39,998 nt of DNA. Origin: Dimargaris cristalligena (taxonomy: Eukaryota). Position numbers and translations under genes: made by a program. Shown here in pieces: positions 24,660-36,177 of the stretch. The notes beneath the pieces are model-generated. The model did no database searches and was not told where the DNA came from. It was given only the letters and a program-made list of their open reading frames with translations. The stretch spans positions 1 through 39,998 of the forward strand of contig ML002344.1 in NCBI GenBank assembly GCA_003614675.1, written 5' to 3'. The first letter of the stretch is position 1. Each line of letters begins with the position of its first letter.

Positions 24660-25652
24660 TTAGTTGAGCGATTGAATAGCACGCTGAATCCGGTGGTTCA
24701 TTTCATCCCAGCTTTTGGTCAATGGGATAGCTGTTGTCACCACACTGCCACTAAGGGTTTCGTCAGCCTTCACAAGTTCGCCACAGTCATAACCACCATG
24801 CATATTGGTAAATACCCGGTAACGCATCTTTTTTTTTGCGGGGTCAAATGAAAGGCCGTATATGAAGGAGGGCCGGGTTAACATCGATATATTGACTGTA
24901 ATGAACTGACCCAGTCGCCTTTTAAAGGACAGGTAATTTTTCTTTCCAGCTTTTAGATTTGATCGAGTGTTGGTTGTATGCCCTCGAATTCTGGAAATAG
25001 TTAATTACATTCTACTCCAACTGCCAACCTCTCTGCCCCCATCGCTTGGGAGATAAAGAGCATGGGGGTATCTCTTAAAGGCCAAGTCTGAGAGATCACT
25101 ACAATACTGGTGGTTTAGTTTTGGGGGTCGATTTTTCACTACAGCACGTTGATCAATAATGGCACCAGAAAAAAGCCTCCAGGCAGCCCATTGCATGCTA
25201 TCTATATGGGCCTGACTATCGATTGTGTCGTCGGCTAGAGTACCCATTGATGTAGTCAGTGGAGCTTGGTCACTTGCCATGATTTCTAAGGCATTTCCTA
25301 CTGAGTCGGGGAGGGGGTCCTCGGGTCCGCCCAGCGCTGATGGAGAGCCCTGGAATTGCGAGGGCATCCCCTCGTCCATAAGCGGAACAGCTGTCTGATG
25401 GCAGTGGTCGTTGGGGGTGGATTGAATGGCCGGATACTTGACATATCCATATTGGATAGTACCGGTACGCTCGTTTTACGTGGAGCTTGAGGTCCAGCTC
25501 ATGATGGCTCCAGCCGAGTTGCCCAGATCGGGGTACGTGGTTTCTGACGAGTTGGGAACTTGATAGCCTTGATTGGCGGCCCACGCCAAATTAGAAGAAA
25601 CGGCTAACAGCCACACCAAGGAGAAAGTTACCTGCGAGAAAAATTGGACCAT
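24660..25652 (-). pseudogene. Probable pseudogene of a secreted protein of unknown function
   Basis: ATG 25652 gives a signal-peptide-like MVQFFSQVTFSLVWLLAVSSNLAWA. One reading frame runs to 24660, broken only by TAA at 25478-25476 and 25007-25005, so ORFs 25005..25379 and 24660..24884 are in this same frame. TATAAATA at ~25792-25799 upstream. Confidence 0.5.
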
Positions 25653-26530
25653 TATTGAGACCGGAAAAAATACAAAACAGTTAATAAGCAGTAGGGGGTG
25701 GGTAAAAGAGATTGGCCGACGAAGTGGAGACGGATATAGACAGGATGGGGTAGGGTTTATTTTGGGGGTAAAAGGGGATGCAAATGCCGGCTATTTATAG
25801 AATGCAACATATAAATAAAATAGGGGTACTACTTTAGTTTATTGGCGAGGGCCATGCTGTATACCCGTTGCGATGCTCACTATATTTAGACTGGCCTAAG
25901 GTCAACTCGGACGGAAAGGCCACATACACACCCATGCTTGGTGGAGGTGAAACTGCCCCCACGTCCAACCTGCCCCATCCCCAATAGTTGTTGAGTAGTT
26001 TGCTCCCCGACTCGTATAGTTCAACAAAGAATTTCACAATACAGTTTATTGGAAGAAAAATGAAAAGTAAATACAAGTTCACATTGAACCTATAGTAAAA
26101 GCTAGGGCTCTCCGCAGCCTACCTATCCACGAATATAATACTGTGCTGTAACAGGTCGGTGCAATGAAGAGTGTAACAACCAGCGGGACGGGAGGATTTG
26201 TCCCTGTTGGCTGGTATCTAAACGCACAACTACCGCCACCTCTTCCTAGGCTGAGGGCGTTCCTTTAGTTATTCATTCCTATATCAATAATTCATAGAGA
26301 CAACGCTGAGCACCCACCTCTCTCTGTTAGCCTGTAACAATTCAATTCCCTTGTCCCACTTTTAAACCCCCTTAGTGGAGAAAAGTGCAACAGGCTATAT
26401 TCACTATATAGTTAGAGTAGTATGGCATTTAATGCTGCGACCCTAAATACGCACAGCATAAGAAGTCAGCTATAGATGAAAAAATACCGCATCGCTATAC
26501 TTCCCTTAGCTTAGCAAGTCTGGTTGTAGG

Positions 26531-26674
26531 GTACGGGTGAAATTCAGCGCAGCTGTACAACGTTTGAAATGATATGTGTATAGAAAAATATATGTGGGAT
26601 TGGTTTTTAACCAGCACTCTTTGCCTCATCCGATGGATTTTTCGTTACACAGCCTAATTGAACCTCTCCCATAT
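26531..26674 (-). mobile_element. MITE-like element, copy 5 (144 bp, inverted orientation)
   Basis: Plus strand GTACGGGTGAAATTCAGCGCAGCTGTACAA...TTTTAACCAG...ATGGATTTTTCGTTACACAGCCTAATTGAACCTCTCCCATAT, the reverse complement of the consensus. Confidence 0.8.
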
Positions 26675-27025
26675 TACTCCATAATTAATAGTAAATATTC
26701 TGGCCAAATCTCCTTTAAATTGGAACATCAATCTCGGGGAAGTAGAGACAAATATAGATGCCTAGCTGGATACTAGTTTGGCTCCATTAAGCATATCTCG
26801 CTTCGGCTGTTGACGAAATCGGGGTCCATCAGGAGGGACACTATGTAATTTGACACTCGTGCAGTTTATAAAATTGGCACATGAATTTCGGTGTTACCCT
26901 ATTTCCCATGAATACCCCACTCGAAGGAACAACAGGCAAGCAGCGAGGCTTTTCTGACGACTGGGATGAGACTGTTGTGACTGGGTGTGGGTAAAACCCT
27001 AGAAGCGCTCTTCCCAGCGCAGTAA

Positions 27026-29755
27026 ATGCATCCATTGTGCCTGTCGCGTCCACCCTCACAATATTTACCTCTACTTTCACTACATTCCACTTCGTCCATC
27101 CTTTCCCGTTTTCAAGCCACCTCCGTAATGACAAGCCCCATTACTGACCACCCGCGTCTACTCGCCTGGCACCGCCGGCATTTCGGGGCCGCTCTTCCCA
27201 ATAATGGTCACCGTCGGCATTCCGCATCGACGCACCCCGAGGCCTTTCAATTCTTCGCCGAAACCCTGCCCTTCTTATTAGCCCAGCTGGACCACCACCC
27301 CTCCTCCTATCTACCCACCTCGCTGGCACCCCTAACCCCCGTCGCCGTAGAGGCCCTCCATACTCTCCTGCCCCGTCTATCGGATCGGGACAGCGACCGA
27401 TTGGCCTTTGTCGCACCCGCATGGACCGGTACAGCGGGCCGGCAGCGGGTGAAGTGGTACCACCAATGGGTACGCACCCTCTGGGCCCAACCGACTGTCC
27501 AGCACGCCATGCGGTCCCCCCCATTTCGGCGCTGGATTCAGGCCGCCCGGTCGACCTCGGCCCTCAATCCCCCCCGGTCTTCCGATGTTCAGGGCCACTT
27601 GCGTACCCTACGCGACGCCATTAGAGCTGAAGCAACCTCAACGACACCCAACAAACTATCCCAACTTCCGGCCACCCTTTTACCCGCCCTGATTGTATGG
27701 CCCGAAACCATCCAGCAAGTGGCCGGGCTCGTGGCGCTAGCCGCCCAGCATCAATTCCAGCTGGTTTCCGCCGGTTACCGAAGTAATATTAGCGACCCGC
27801 GTACTAAGAGTTTCGATCCGACCCGGCCTCTGGTGACAGTTGTCACTCGGCTGCTAAATCGGATCTCCCCAATCGACGAGGCCAATGGTCTGGTGACGGT
27901 GGAAGCTGGAGTTTCATGTCATAATCTTGCCGACCTTTTAAGTGAACGGGGCTGCCAGGTAGTAGGTATGGATTTGGGGAATTATTCTGGATCCGTCGGC
28001 GGGCTGATTGCTGCCCCATACGGTGCACCCCCGAGCCTGTCACAGCGCCAGCAACTTTACGCGCTATACTCACTAACCGTTGCCACGCCTAAAGGTATGA
28101 TCCCTCTCCCATTGGACAAGTGATTTTTTTATTATATACAATTATATGGTGTGGTATAAATATTTGCTCCCAGCCAGTACTTATAACTTCATTAATTCCG
28201 GGGCTAATAGCTAAATCCCTATATCACTTTTGGCATGTCCCCCATATATAGGTGTCATCAATCACATATGTCAGTATCCATCCCTCAACCACGGACCTGA
28301 CAGTACGTGGGCATTCGTTGGCTCTGTAAGTGGAAATCAAATTCCCAAATGATTATTTTACTATTTAGCACACTTTACCTTTGTAAAGTCCACCCCTTTG
28401 CTTACCCTTAATGTACTTCTGTTTATATCTATTGCCACAACTAGTTGGGCACGCTAGGCATTATTACTCAAGCCACGTTTCGTTTGGCCCCCCGCCCGCC
28501 TAAACGGTCTACACGCACCATTATTTTTCCCTCCTGGGACCGGGGCCTCGGGTTTATCCACCGTTTATCTCGCTTAGCACTCCCTGGCCTAGCCGAATCT
28601 CTACTGCTCGATCCGTCGGAAACACAATTGGCCCAGTGCCTATATTCGCCCACCGCGTTGGACCGCCTCTACAGCCGTATTCGAGGCCTTTACCTATCCC
28701 ACTGGAAAGGTTTTACCTATGGACACACCGTGGTAGCCCACCTCCGACTATCTGCCCCAGATGAGATGGCGTTAAAACGCGACGAAACTCGAGTGCTGGG
28801 GGAGGCGGTTAAGTTCAGTGGGTATGATATAGGACCTCTTCTCGGTGACCGGGTCGAAGAGCTGCAAAAACTTCGTCCTAGCCTGCGTGAATACAGCCTA
28901 CAATCCCACTGTGTCTGGGTAAGTCGCTGTTAGCCCTATTAGGCATAGTTTTTTCTTTAAAAAAAAACAATAGCACACTGAAAGCAATCAAGTAGGTGAG
29001 ATACTGCTTCCTTCCCGTCAACTAACACGTGTTCGCTTGTCCTCTGGGTACTCCCTATATGATATGCGTGGATTCTTCAGGACTGTCTCCCGCTCACGGT
29101 ACCGTGGTCCGAAACTTTAGTGACCGCCGAAGCCGTCCGCGCCCGTTATTATCGACTTACGCAACCGCTGGGATTCAGGCCGTACCTAGGTATGGTAGCC
29201 ACCTTCGCATCTTTAGCTGACCCCGTTCTTTCGATTTATATAGGCTGGTCTATTGACCGTCCGGTGTCCCAACCATCCAGAAAGTATATGGAGGCTATGC
29301 ATACTATAGTTCCCCAGATAACAGCAGCGTTACTAGGCTCGGACTCCAGTTCGGATTCCGAGTCTGGATCCGATTCCGAAATTGAACCCGAACCCGAAAA
29401 ACCGGGGCCAATCCAGACTACTGAGAAGACCAAATCACCCTCCACCGAGCCTGGGGAGTCTTCCGGGACCAATGCCCTTCCTGCCCTAGAACTCCCCACA
29501 GAAAATAACCAACTGGTGGCTTCTTTCCAGGGGCCAGTTGACCAGTTAGCGCTATGGACCGACGTATCCTACGCCCTGATGGAACTTCCTGTTCGGTATA
29601 GGTCTACCATGGGAAACCCGCGTATTCTAGGACCGGGTACATCGGCATCGCTCCGACCCCCAGCCCCCGAGTCCAACCTCACGGGTCTTTTGGTAAGTAA
29701 GCTATTGTTTGATGTGAATCAATACATCGCATACCGCACCATTATGTCCCTTTGA
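27026..29755 (+). CDS. FAD-linked oxidase (VAO/PCMH fold), divergent alkyldihydroxyacetonephosphate synthase (AGPS/ADPS)-like, ~730-760 aa, 4 exons
   Basis: Exons 27026 (or ATG 27128)-28094, 28252-28325, 28445-28918 and 29081-29755, in frame. Motifs PALIVWPETIQQV, LNRISPIDEANGLVTVEAGV, GSVGGLIA, VATPKGVI, GPD...FVGSLGTLGIITQATFRL, LLDPSETQL and TVPWSET are colinear with AGPS. Confidence 0.75.
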
Positions 29756-30442
29756 TATTACACTGGTTATCTGTTGAGTAAACGCGACCAATATTAACCT
29801 ATTTCCTTATATAACATGCCCGTCATTTCGGTTCCTCTGCGCACCTTAGATATCATCCGAGCTAACAATAGTTTTCCAAAAGGCCCTGGACCCAACGGGT
29901 ATATTCGGTCACTTAGACATCCAGACAGATTCCAAAGCCTAAGGCCGCGGTGTACTCTAAAACCTAATTGGCGCGCCCCCTCAGGCATTCGATATGTCGA
30001 GACTTGGCGAAGTTCGAAGCAGTCGTTAAATTTTTAAACTCAGCATTAACCATTGATATACTATTATTTTTTAATATGCATCCTACTTGATCCTTATCCC
30101 TAGGTGATATTGTTACAATTCCCTTCCCGCTAACCATAATGTAATTTTTTAAAATGGCTTAATATAATGGTGAGAAGTATGGGCGACCCAATCGATCAAA
30201 AATGACCATTTATGATACAAAACCAAATATCCAGACATACATGGGCATTGGGACGAGGATATCTATAATCACCCAATAGCTAACCCTACTTTCTGCTTAT
30301 AGCGTAATTTAAATGAGTGTGATTGAGAACGGGTTGTTTGGTAGGAATAACGGGGGGAAATCTAAAATTGCTCATATTCCAAAAGAAAAAAAAACAGAGG
30401 GGGGAACTTTTGCCAGCTGGCAGTTTAAATCATGAACTAGCC

Positions 30443-32095
30443 TTACTTTTCCTTGGCCGACTCCTCCCGGGAGCCGTTGAGGTGCCATTCGTGGGCAGGA
30501 ATGCGGACCAGACGGTTAATCTCGGGTAGGATGAACCAGAAGAAGAAACCACTGCCCAACACGGCGCAAACCGCGCCCACAATGTAGTAGCCGTCCTGAA
30601 TAACCAGGCATTGGCCCTGGAGGCTAGCGCAGAGTTGCTTACCCTCTTCGTTGAGGCAAGAGAAGGTCTGGCCGAGTTTGTTGGGTACACTACAGGTGGA
30701 TACGCTGAAGTAGTCGACTGCTTCCAGGATAAAGTACTTGGGCCACGTGCCCCCGAAGTTGCTGATGGTGTTGAGAAGGGTCATGTAGGTACCGCCAATG
30801 GCGGGGTCGGCGATGTTGGTCATGAATACGCTGATGCTAACAAATTGCACATTACTCATAAACGAGCTGAGGACGGTGGTGGCCACGACCACTACGAAAT
30901 ATCCGAATGAGGTATCCTGGTCGGGACAATAGGCCACCACGAGCATTCCAATTACAGCAAAGATTAACCGACCAATGAACGCGTACAACCAAGGCTTCAT
31001 GGGATTTTCCCCGCGGCTCCACTGGGCAGCATAGTAGCCGAAGATAATCTGGAAGGGGAAGTCGATTAGAACGGTGAGGGCCAGATCTTCTTTACCGATG
31101 CCCTTCTCGAGCAGTTTCAGGCCCGTGACGGCCTCGTTGGTCACGAAACCAATTTTAGCGCACAGCATGATGAGGATAAAGCTGCGCATGTGGGGCAGCT
31201 TGATGATATCCCAGATGGTACGGTAGGTTTCGGTGATGCCAAATTCCTCCTCCGTGGAGTTATCCTCGGATTTGAACAGGACCAGCCAAAGGGTGACTAG
31301 GAAATACATGAGGGCCCAGAATTGCAGGTAGCCACTAAGGGGTAGAACGCCGACGTCGTTGGGCACCGAGCGGAGGTATTTGTTACTGAATTCGGCGGAG
31401 TTAAAGGCCAAGAATACGGTGAAGGACAGGAAATAGCCGGTGTTCAAACCAATGGTTTGGCAGGTCGAGGCATACGACATGTTTTCCTTGGACAGTAGAG
31501 TCAGAGCCCAGCCGTCGACGGAAATGTCCTGGGTAGCACTGAGGAGTACCATGGCGAAGAAGACCAGGGTAATGGTGGTCATGTATTCGGCGGGCTGGGC
31601 CATGTACGTGTCGATGGTCCGGGCCAGCCATAGGCAGAGGCAGCCGATGGCGAGCTGGATGGGGACGATCCAGGTCTTGCGCCGACCAAAAGAGCGGAAA
31701 TAGAGAGAGTCGACAATGGGCGACCAAAACAGCTTGAGGGAGTAAGGGTAGGAGGCCAAGGAAAAGACGGCAATTTGGGCGTAGCTCAGTTTGGCCTTGA
31801 GGAGGAACGGAATACTACCAAAGGCCAGGCCCACCGGGACCCCCTGGAGTAGGTACAGGACTACTAACAGGAGAATATTGGCCCAGTCCTTGCGGAAGTT
31901 CGAAGGTAGGTCGTCTTCCTCGACCTTTTCGGAAACTACGGGACTGACATGGGCGTGGGTCGGTCCGTGCTGGGGCGCAAACGGTGGGTGGTGGCAGGGA
32001 ATGTCCAGGCAGTCACAGGCCTTTACCTTCGGGGATGCCTGGGACGAGTCCTTTTCGAAGGGCTGGCGTTTACGCACGTCGACTTTATGGGCCAT
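30443..32095 (-). CDS. SLC33A1: Acetyl-CoA transporter 1 (AT-1/SLC33A1, Acatn family MFS), ~550 aa, intronless
   Basis: Motifs LLVVLYLLQGVPVGLAFGSIPFLL, YPYSLKLFWSPIVDS, FGRRKTWIVPIQ, SATQDISVDGWALTLLS, DPAIGGTYMTLLNTISNFGGTWP and DGYY. ATG 32095 sits in a GCCACCATGG context. Confidence 0.95.
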   Translation of the reverse strand: MAHKVDVRKRQPFEKDSSQASPKVKACDCLDIPCHHPPFAPQHGPTHAHVSPVVSEKVEEDDLPSNFRKDWANILLLVVLYLLQGVPVGLAFGSIPFLLKAKLSYAQIAVFSLASYPYSLKLFWSPIVDSLYFRSFGRRKTWIVPIQLAIGCLCLWLARTIDTYMAQPAEYMTTITLVFFAMVLLSATQDISVDGWALTLLSKENMSYASTCQTIGLNTGYFLSFTVFLAFNSAEFSNKYLRSVPNDVGVLPLSGYLQFWALMYFLVTLWLVLFKSEDNSTEEEFGITETYRTIWDIIKLPHMRSFILIMLCAKIGFVTNEAVTGLKLLEKGIGKEDLALTVLIDFPFQIIFGYYAAQWSRGENPMKPWLYAFIGRLIFAVIGMLVVAYCPDQDTSFGYFVVVVATTVLSSFMSNVQFVSISVFMTNIADPAIGGTYMTLLNTISNFGGTWPKYFILEAVDYFSVSTCSVPNKLGQTFSCLNEEGKQLCASLQGQCLVIQDGYYIVGAVCAVLGSGFFFWFILPEINRLVRIPAHEWHLNGSREESAKEK

Positions 32096-32960
32096 GGTGG
32101 CCGCTTGCCAGGAGCAGGGGAGTAAGGGTGAATGCCGCTGGGGATGGGAAGTGGAACTGCGCAATGTATGGGCAGGTGTTGGTAAATAAACAAATGAGAA
32201 AGTGCAGGGAGGGTTCAACGGGACGGAAGGAGCCAAATGGGCGGCTGTGGATAAGTTATATGGCCTCCACTAACTAAGCGAAAGAAAATCAATGCGATAA
32301 CTGAAAGAAGGGGGAAGGGAGCCAGGGAGAGAGTGTATGTATTATACTCGATGTGGTTTATAGGGAAAAGATGATCGCTGCGGCTCCAAGGGCCCCTCTC
32401 TCTCTGCACCAGGGCTTAGTTCAAAGTACACCTGTCGCATCGGCTGGCGATTGACTATTGGCTATTATTATGAGCCAAGTACAGCTCAGGATTATACAGT
32501 GAACCTCTCCTCCTCCCCTTTGTAGCTTGTTCGCACATGGAGTATTTTTAGTGCACGGACTACTGCTTCAGGCTCAGCTAACCCCGAACGGCTTACATTC
32601 CGACAGGAACCGCGTAGAGAGAGGATCCCTTTCGGGAGGATAGTCAGTCCACTGAGGGTGGCCCCAAAGTACATTTCAAGGGCTTTAAAAAGGCACACCA
32701 GTTGAATAGACCACCTTGCAGTTACGCCTCGCTGCAGCTAAAATCCACGGGTTCCGAGGGACGTGGTCGCAGTGATTGGTTGAATGGAATGCCTGAGGAG
32801 GGGAGGTCGCCTGGCAGCGCATCCATCATATGCCAGCTACTTTGGCTTTGGCCACCCATCTCCAGTTGGCCAGCGGATGCTAATACTTGGCCCTATTCAC
32901 CCTGTTTTAGCTAGCTAACCCATTGTCCAGCATTCGCCCTCTTCATTATTCTGAATCCCG

Positions 32961-35900
32961 ATGGCCTACTTCTCTGGCTTGGTGCGTTCGACTCTATCCA
33001 CCGTGGGTCTCGGTGGTGCCCACGCCAACTTCCCCTACACCGTCGGCGAGCCGCTTGAGCATCAGGAGTCCGATTCCCTCTGGACCCTACATAAAGGAAC
33101 CAAGAAGGTAGGTTTATCCCGGCCTGGAGCATTAGAGTTGGACATGATTATGGTGGTGGCTATCTATCGGTCTTATTAGTTGGAGGCAGATAACTCATTA
33201 TCCTATGTATGCCATCAACTCCAACCCCCGTCCATATCCAGGAGGACCAAAGCGAAGTAACCGTTTTTGTTTACAAGACTACTCAACGGAGCGACCATCT
33301 ACCCTTGACCAAGAATGCCTACAAACGCTTTCGTACCATGCGTCACCCTCACATGTTGACGTACTTGGATGGTATTGAGGTAGGCCGACTTTATACATTT
33401 TCCTCATTATCGCATCTCTTAAGTGTCCTCCTCCCGAAAATGAATAAGTTCAACTAACCACCGCTTGGCCTATTCATCTCTTTAACACCAATCTCCCCGA
33501 CCTCTCTACCCCCCTAATTGACAACTGGATAGTGCCCCGAGTACATCTACATTGTCACCCAGTCAGTTATTCCCTTGTCCGCCTACCTGCGGGAGAACAG
33601 GCATGACCAGTTGATTAGCTGGGGATTGTACACCATTGCGCAGGCCGTCAAATTCCTGAATGTGGACTGTAAATTGGTCCACGGCAACCTCCGAAGCTCG
33701 TCGGTATATGTCACTCCCGCCGGCGAATGGCGCCTCGGAGGCTTCGAAACCCTGTGCAATCCCAGCGAACCGGATGCCGTGATTAAGGTGGGTTACTGAC
33801 TATCCTAGTTCCGTCTTTACTAGAGACTCCCCTGTGCTGTTATCGTCTCCATGAATTTAAATTAACCATCGAGTCTCACATTGGCACCATACCTCCCCCC
33901 CTGCATAGACCTACCACGGACTATTACCCAGTATCCAGCAGTACTGCCCGCCCGAAATCCAGAGTCAGAACTGGTCTAGCTTGGAAAATGGTTCCCTCGA
34001 TGGCTGGCAATTCGCGACTCTCATCTACGAGTCATTCCAAGGCAAATTGAACACCGCCGCCGACCTATCCCATACTGACACTATTCCCTCGACCATGCTG
34101 CGAGCCTACAAACAATTACTCGCCCCGGCTCCCAACTCCAGAATGACGGTGGCCCAGTTCATGGCCGCTGGCACCCAGCCCCGCAGTTTCTTTGACAATG
34201 AATTCATCCGGACCAACCTGTTTCTCGAGAACCTTAGTGTAAAGGATGTTAAGGAGAAAAATGAGTTTTTCCGGTAAGTTGGCGGAGCTTTGCTCCACGA
34301 GCCTACTAATTTGAGTAGCGTATGTGTAATGTGGGGGGTTTTTTTTTTGGCAAGAGTCGATATATGACTTTCCAAAACCATCTTCGAGCTGTTAATGATT
34401 TATTAGCTAATGCTTCTAGATTCTTACTCAAACTATATACATGTACTCACATATCTATAATCTTAATCTGGACAATCCTCAGTCAACTCGGTGGCCACGT
34501 CGAAAAGTTCCCCGTGTCGTTTTCGACCCATAAAGTACTCCCGGAGCTCCTCAAATCCTTGGAATTCGGCGCTGGTAGGTCATTCATTATTCATAATTGA
34601 TCCATCTCAAACAACCCTCTGTAGCTGTTCCCGTCTCTCCATATATATATATATATATATATAACGGCGTCCAAGTGAGTCGAATTAATAAGCACGCCGT
34701 ACCATAACAGCTACTAACTGAACGACTGCCAAATCTTCTGAACATTGTTTACCCTTTAACAGGCGGCCCTCAAGTTTTACAGGCAGTGGTTAAGATCGGC
34801 AATCTTCTTGACGACGAGAACTATGGCAAATACATCACCCCTACCATCGTAAAGCTCTTCTCACTTCCCGACCGGGCCCTGCGCTACTGTCTTTTGGAAA
34901 ACATCGCCTCCTTTTTGCCGCATATTTCTGACAAGGTAGTCAACAACTCCATCTACTCGCACGTAGCGGCCGGTTTTGTGGATACGGCGCCCGCTATCCG
35001 CGAACAGACGGTGAAGTCTTTCTTGACCATCGTGCCACGTCTAAATGAGAGCACAGTGCAACGGGACGCAGTTGCCGCCCTTAGCAAAACGCTGTATGAC
35101 CCCGAACCGGGGATTCGAACCAACACGCTTATTTGCTTCGGTAAACTGGGCCGCTACATGACCCCATCCACCCACCAAACCATGGTCGGCCCACTATTCG
35201 CCCGCAGTCTACGAGACCCCTTTGTTCACGCCCGGGCGGCTGCCCTCATGGCCATTTCGGCAACGGCCGAATGGCAATTACCCAAGGACGTTGCCAATCG
35301 TATTTTACCCGCGGTATGTACCCTCCTGCTGGATCCGGAAAAGCCCGTTCGTACCCAGGCCCTGAAAACCGCAACAGAGTTGCTGAAGGTGGTAGAAGAG
35401 GAAGCCCAGACCATGCCCGAGTCGGCCCAACCCAAGACGGCCACCTCGGGGGCTGTGGGCGGGGGACCCGGGGGCCAATCACCGAATTCCACGGAAGGTG
35501 CTCTCCAGGAAGGCTGGAGTGGATGGGCCGTTTCCTCTTTATCCCGCGGTCTTACTGCACTTGGCACTACCATGGTCACGGCCAAACTGGCCGAAGCGAG
35601 TATCGACGGGTCACCCACATTGACCGAGCCCTCTGTAACTGGCGTTTCGCATGCCACCATTAATCCCGCTTCTAGTCAGACGTCTCCGCCCAGCTCCCCT
35701 CGAGCTGCCATTGTTTCGCCCAACCCGGCCTCGGCCTCCCGGCTGAAGCTAGCCTCTAGCTCGACCCTTTCAGCTCCCTTACATATTGCGCCTAAGTCGG
35801 CCGGCAGCGATGACTTCGACGACGGCGGGGGTTGGGGCGCCATTGACGACTTTGCAGTAGACGACGATATTCCCGCTCAGTCCTCCCAACCCAAACCCAC

Positions 35901-36177
35901 ACCGATTCAATCCACTAACGATTATGACAATGACGATTCGTGGGATTCCCCCATGACCTCCCCCACCCGTCTGAGCGGGGGCAGTGGTGTGCGTTCAGCT
36001 ACTCGACTAGCCCCCAAATCTTCAATAGGGCTCGGGCCTGCTTCAACCGGTTCTATATCCGGACTCGCAGGAGCGAAGGCTTCATCCCTACAGCAGAAAC
36101 GCGAGGAGCGCAAACTTAAACTCCAGCAACACCGGGAGCAGAAAAAGAAAACGTCGTTGGGCGCCAAGAAACTGTAG
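32961..36177 (+). CDS. CEX1: SCY1-like pseudokinase with HEAT repeats (SCYL1/Cex1 family), ~803 aa, 6 exons
   Basis: Exons 32961-33107, 33242-33379, 33533-33787, 33909-34273, 34483-34574 and 34763-36177 (2412 nt). Motifs WTLHKG, FRTMRHP, LVHGNL...GEWRLGGFE, AIREQTVKS, GIRTNTLICFGKL, LRDPFVHAR; C-terminus LGAKKL. Confidence 0.93.
34641..34662. repeat. (AT)11 microsatellite in the last SCYL1 intron
   Basis: Perfect AT dinucleotide run. Confidence 0.9.

Noticed and set aside
5229-26674. Repeated palindromic unit considered as a CRISPR- or REP-like array
   Set aside because: Copies are dispersed over kilobases with conserved interiors, with no spacers or cas genes, in a eukaryotic context.
32096-32236. 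47-aa N-terminal extension of AT-1 shown in the ORF track
   Set aside because: Starts at a non-ATG codon. The first ATG (32095) has an ideal Kozak context and the extension looks like pyrimidine-rich 5'UTR.
32560-32680. Hairpin TCCC-TTTC-GGGA (GAAA tetraloop on the minus strand) between AT-1 and SCYL1, possible structured RNA
   Set aside because: No conserved SRP, RNase P/MRP or snRNA motif recognised; one hairpin is not enough.
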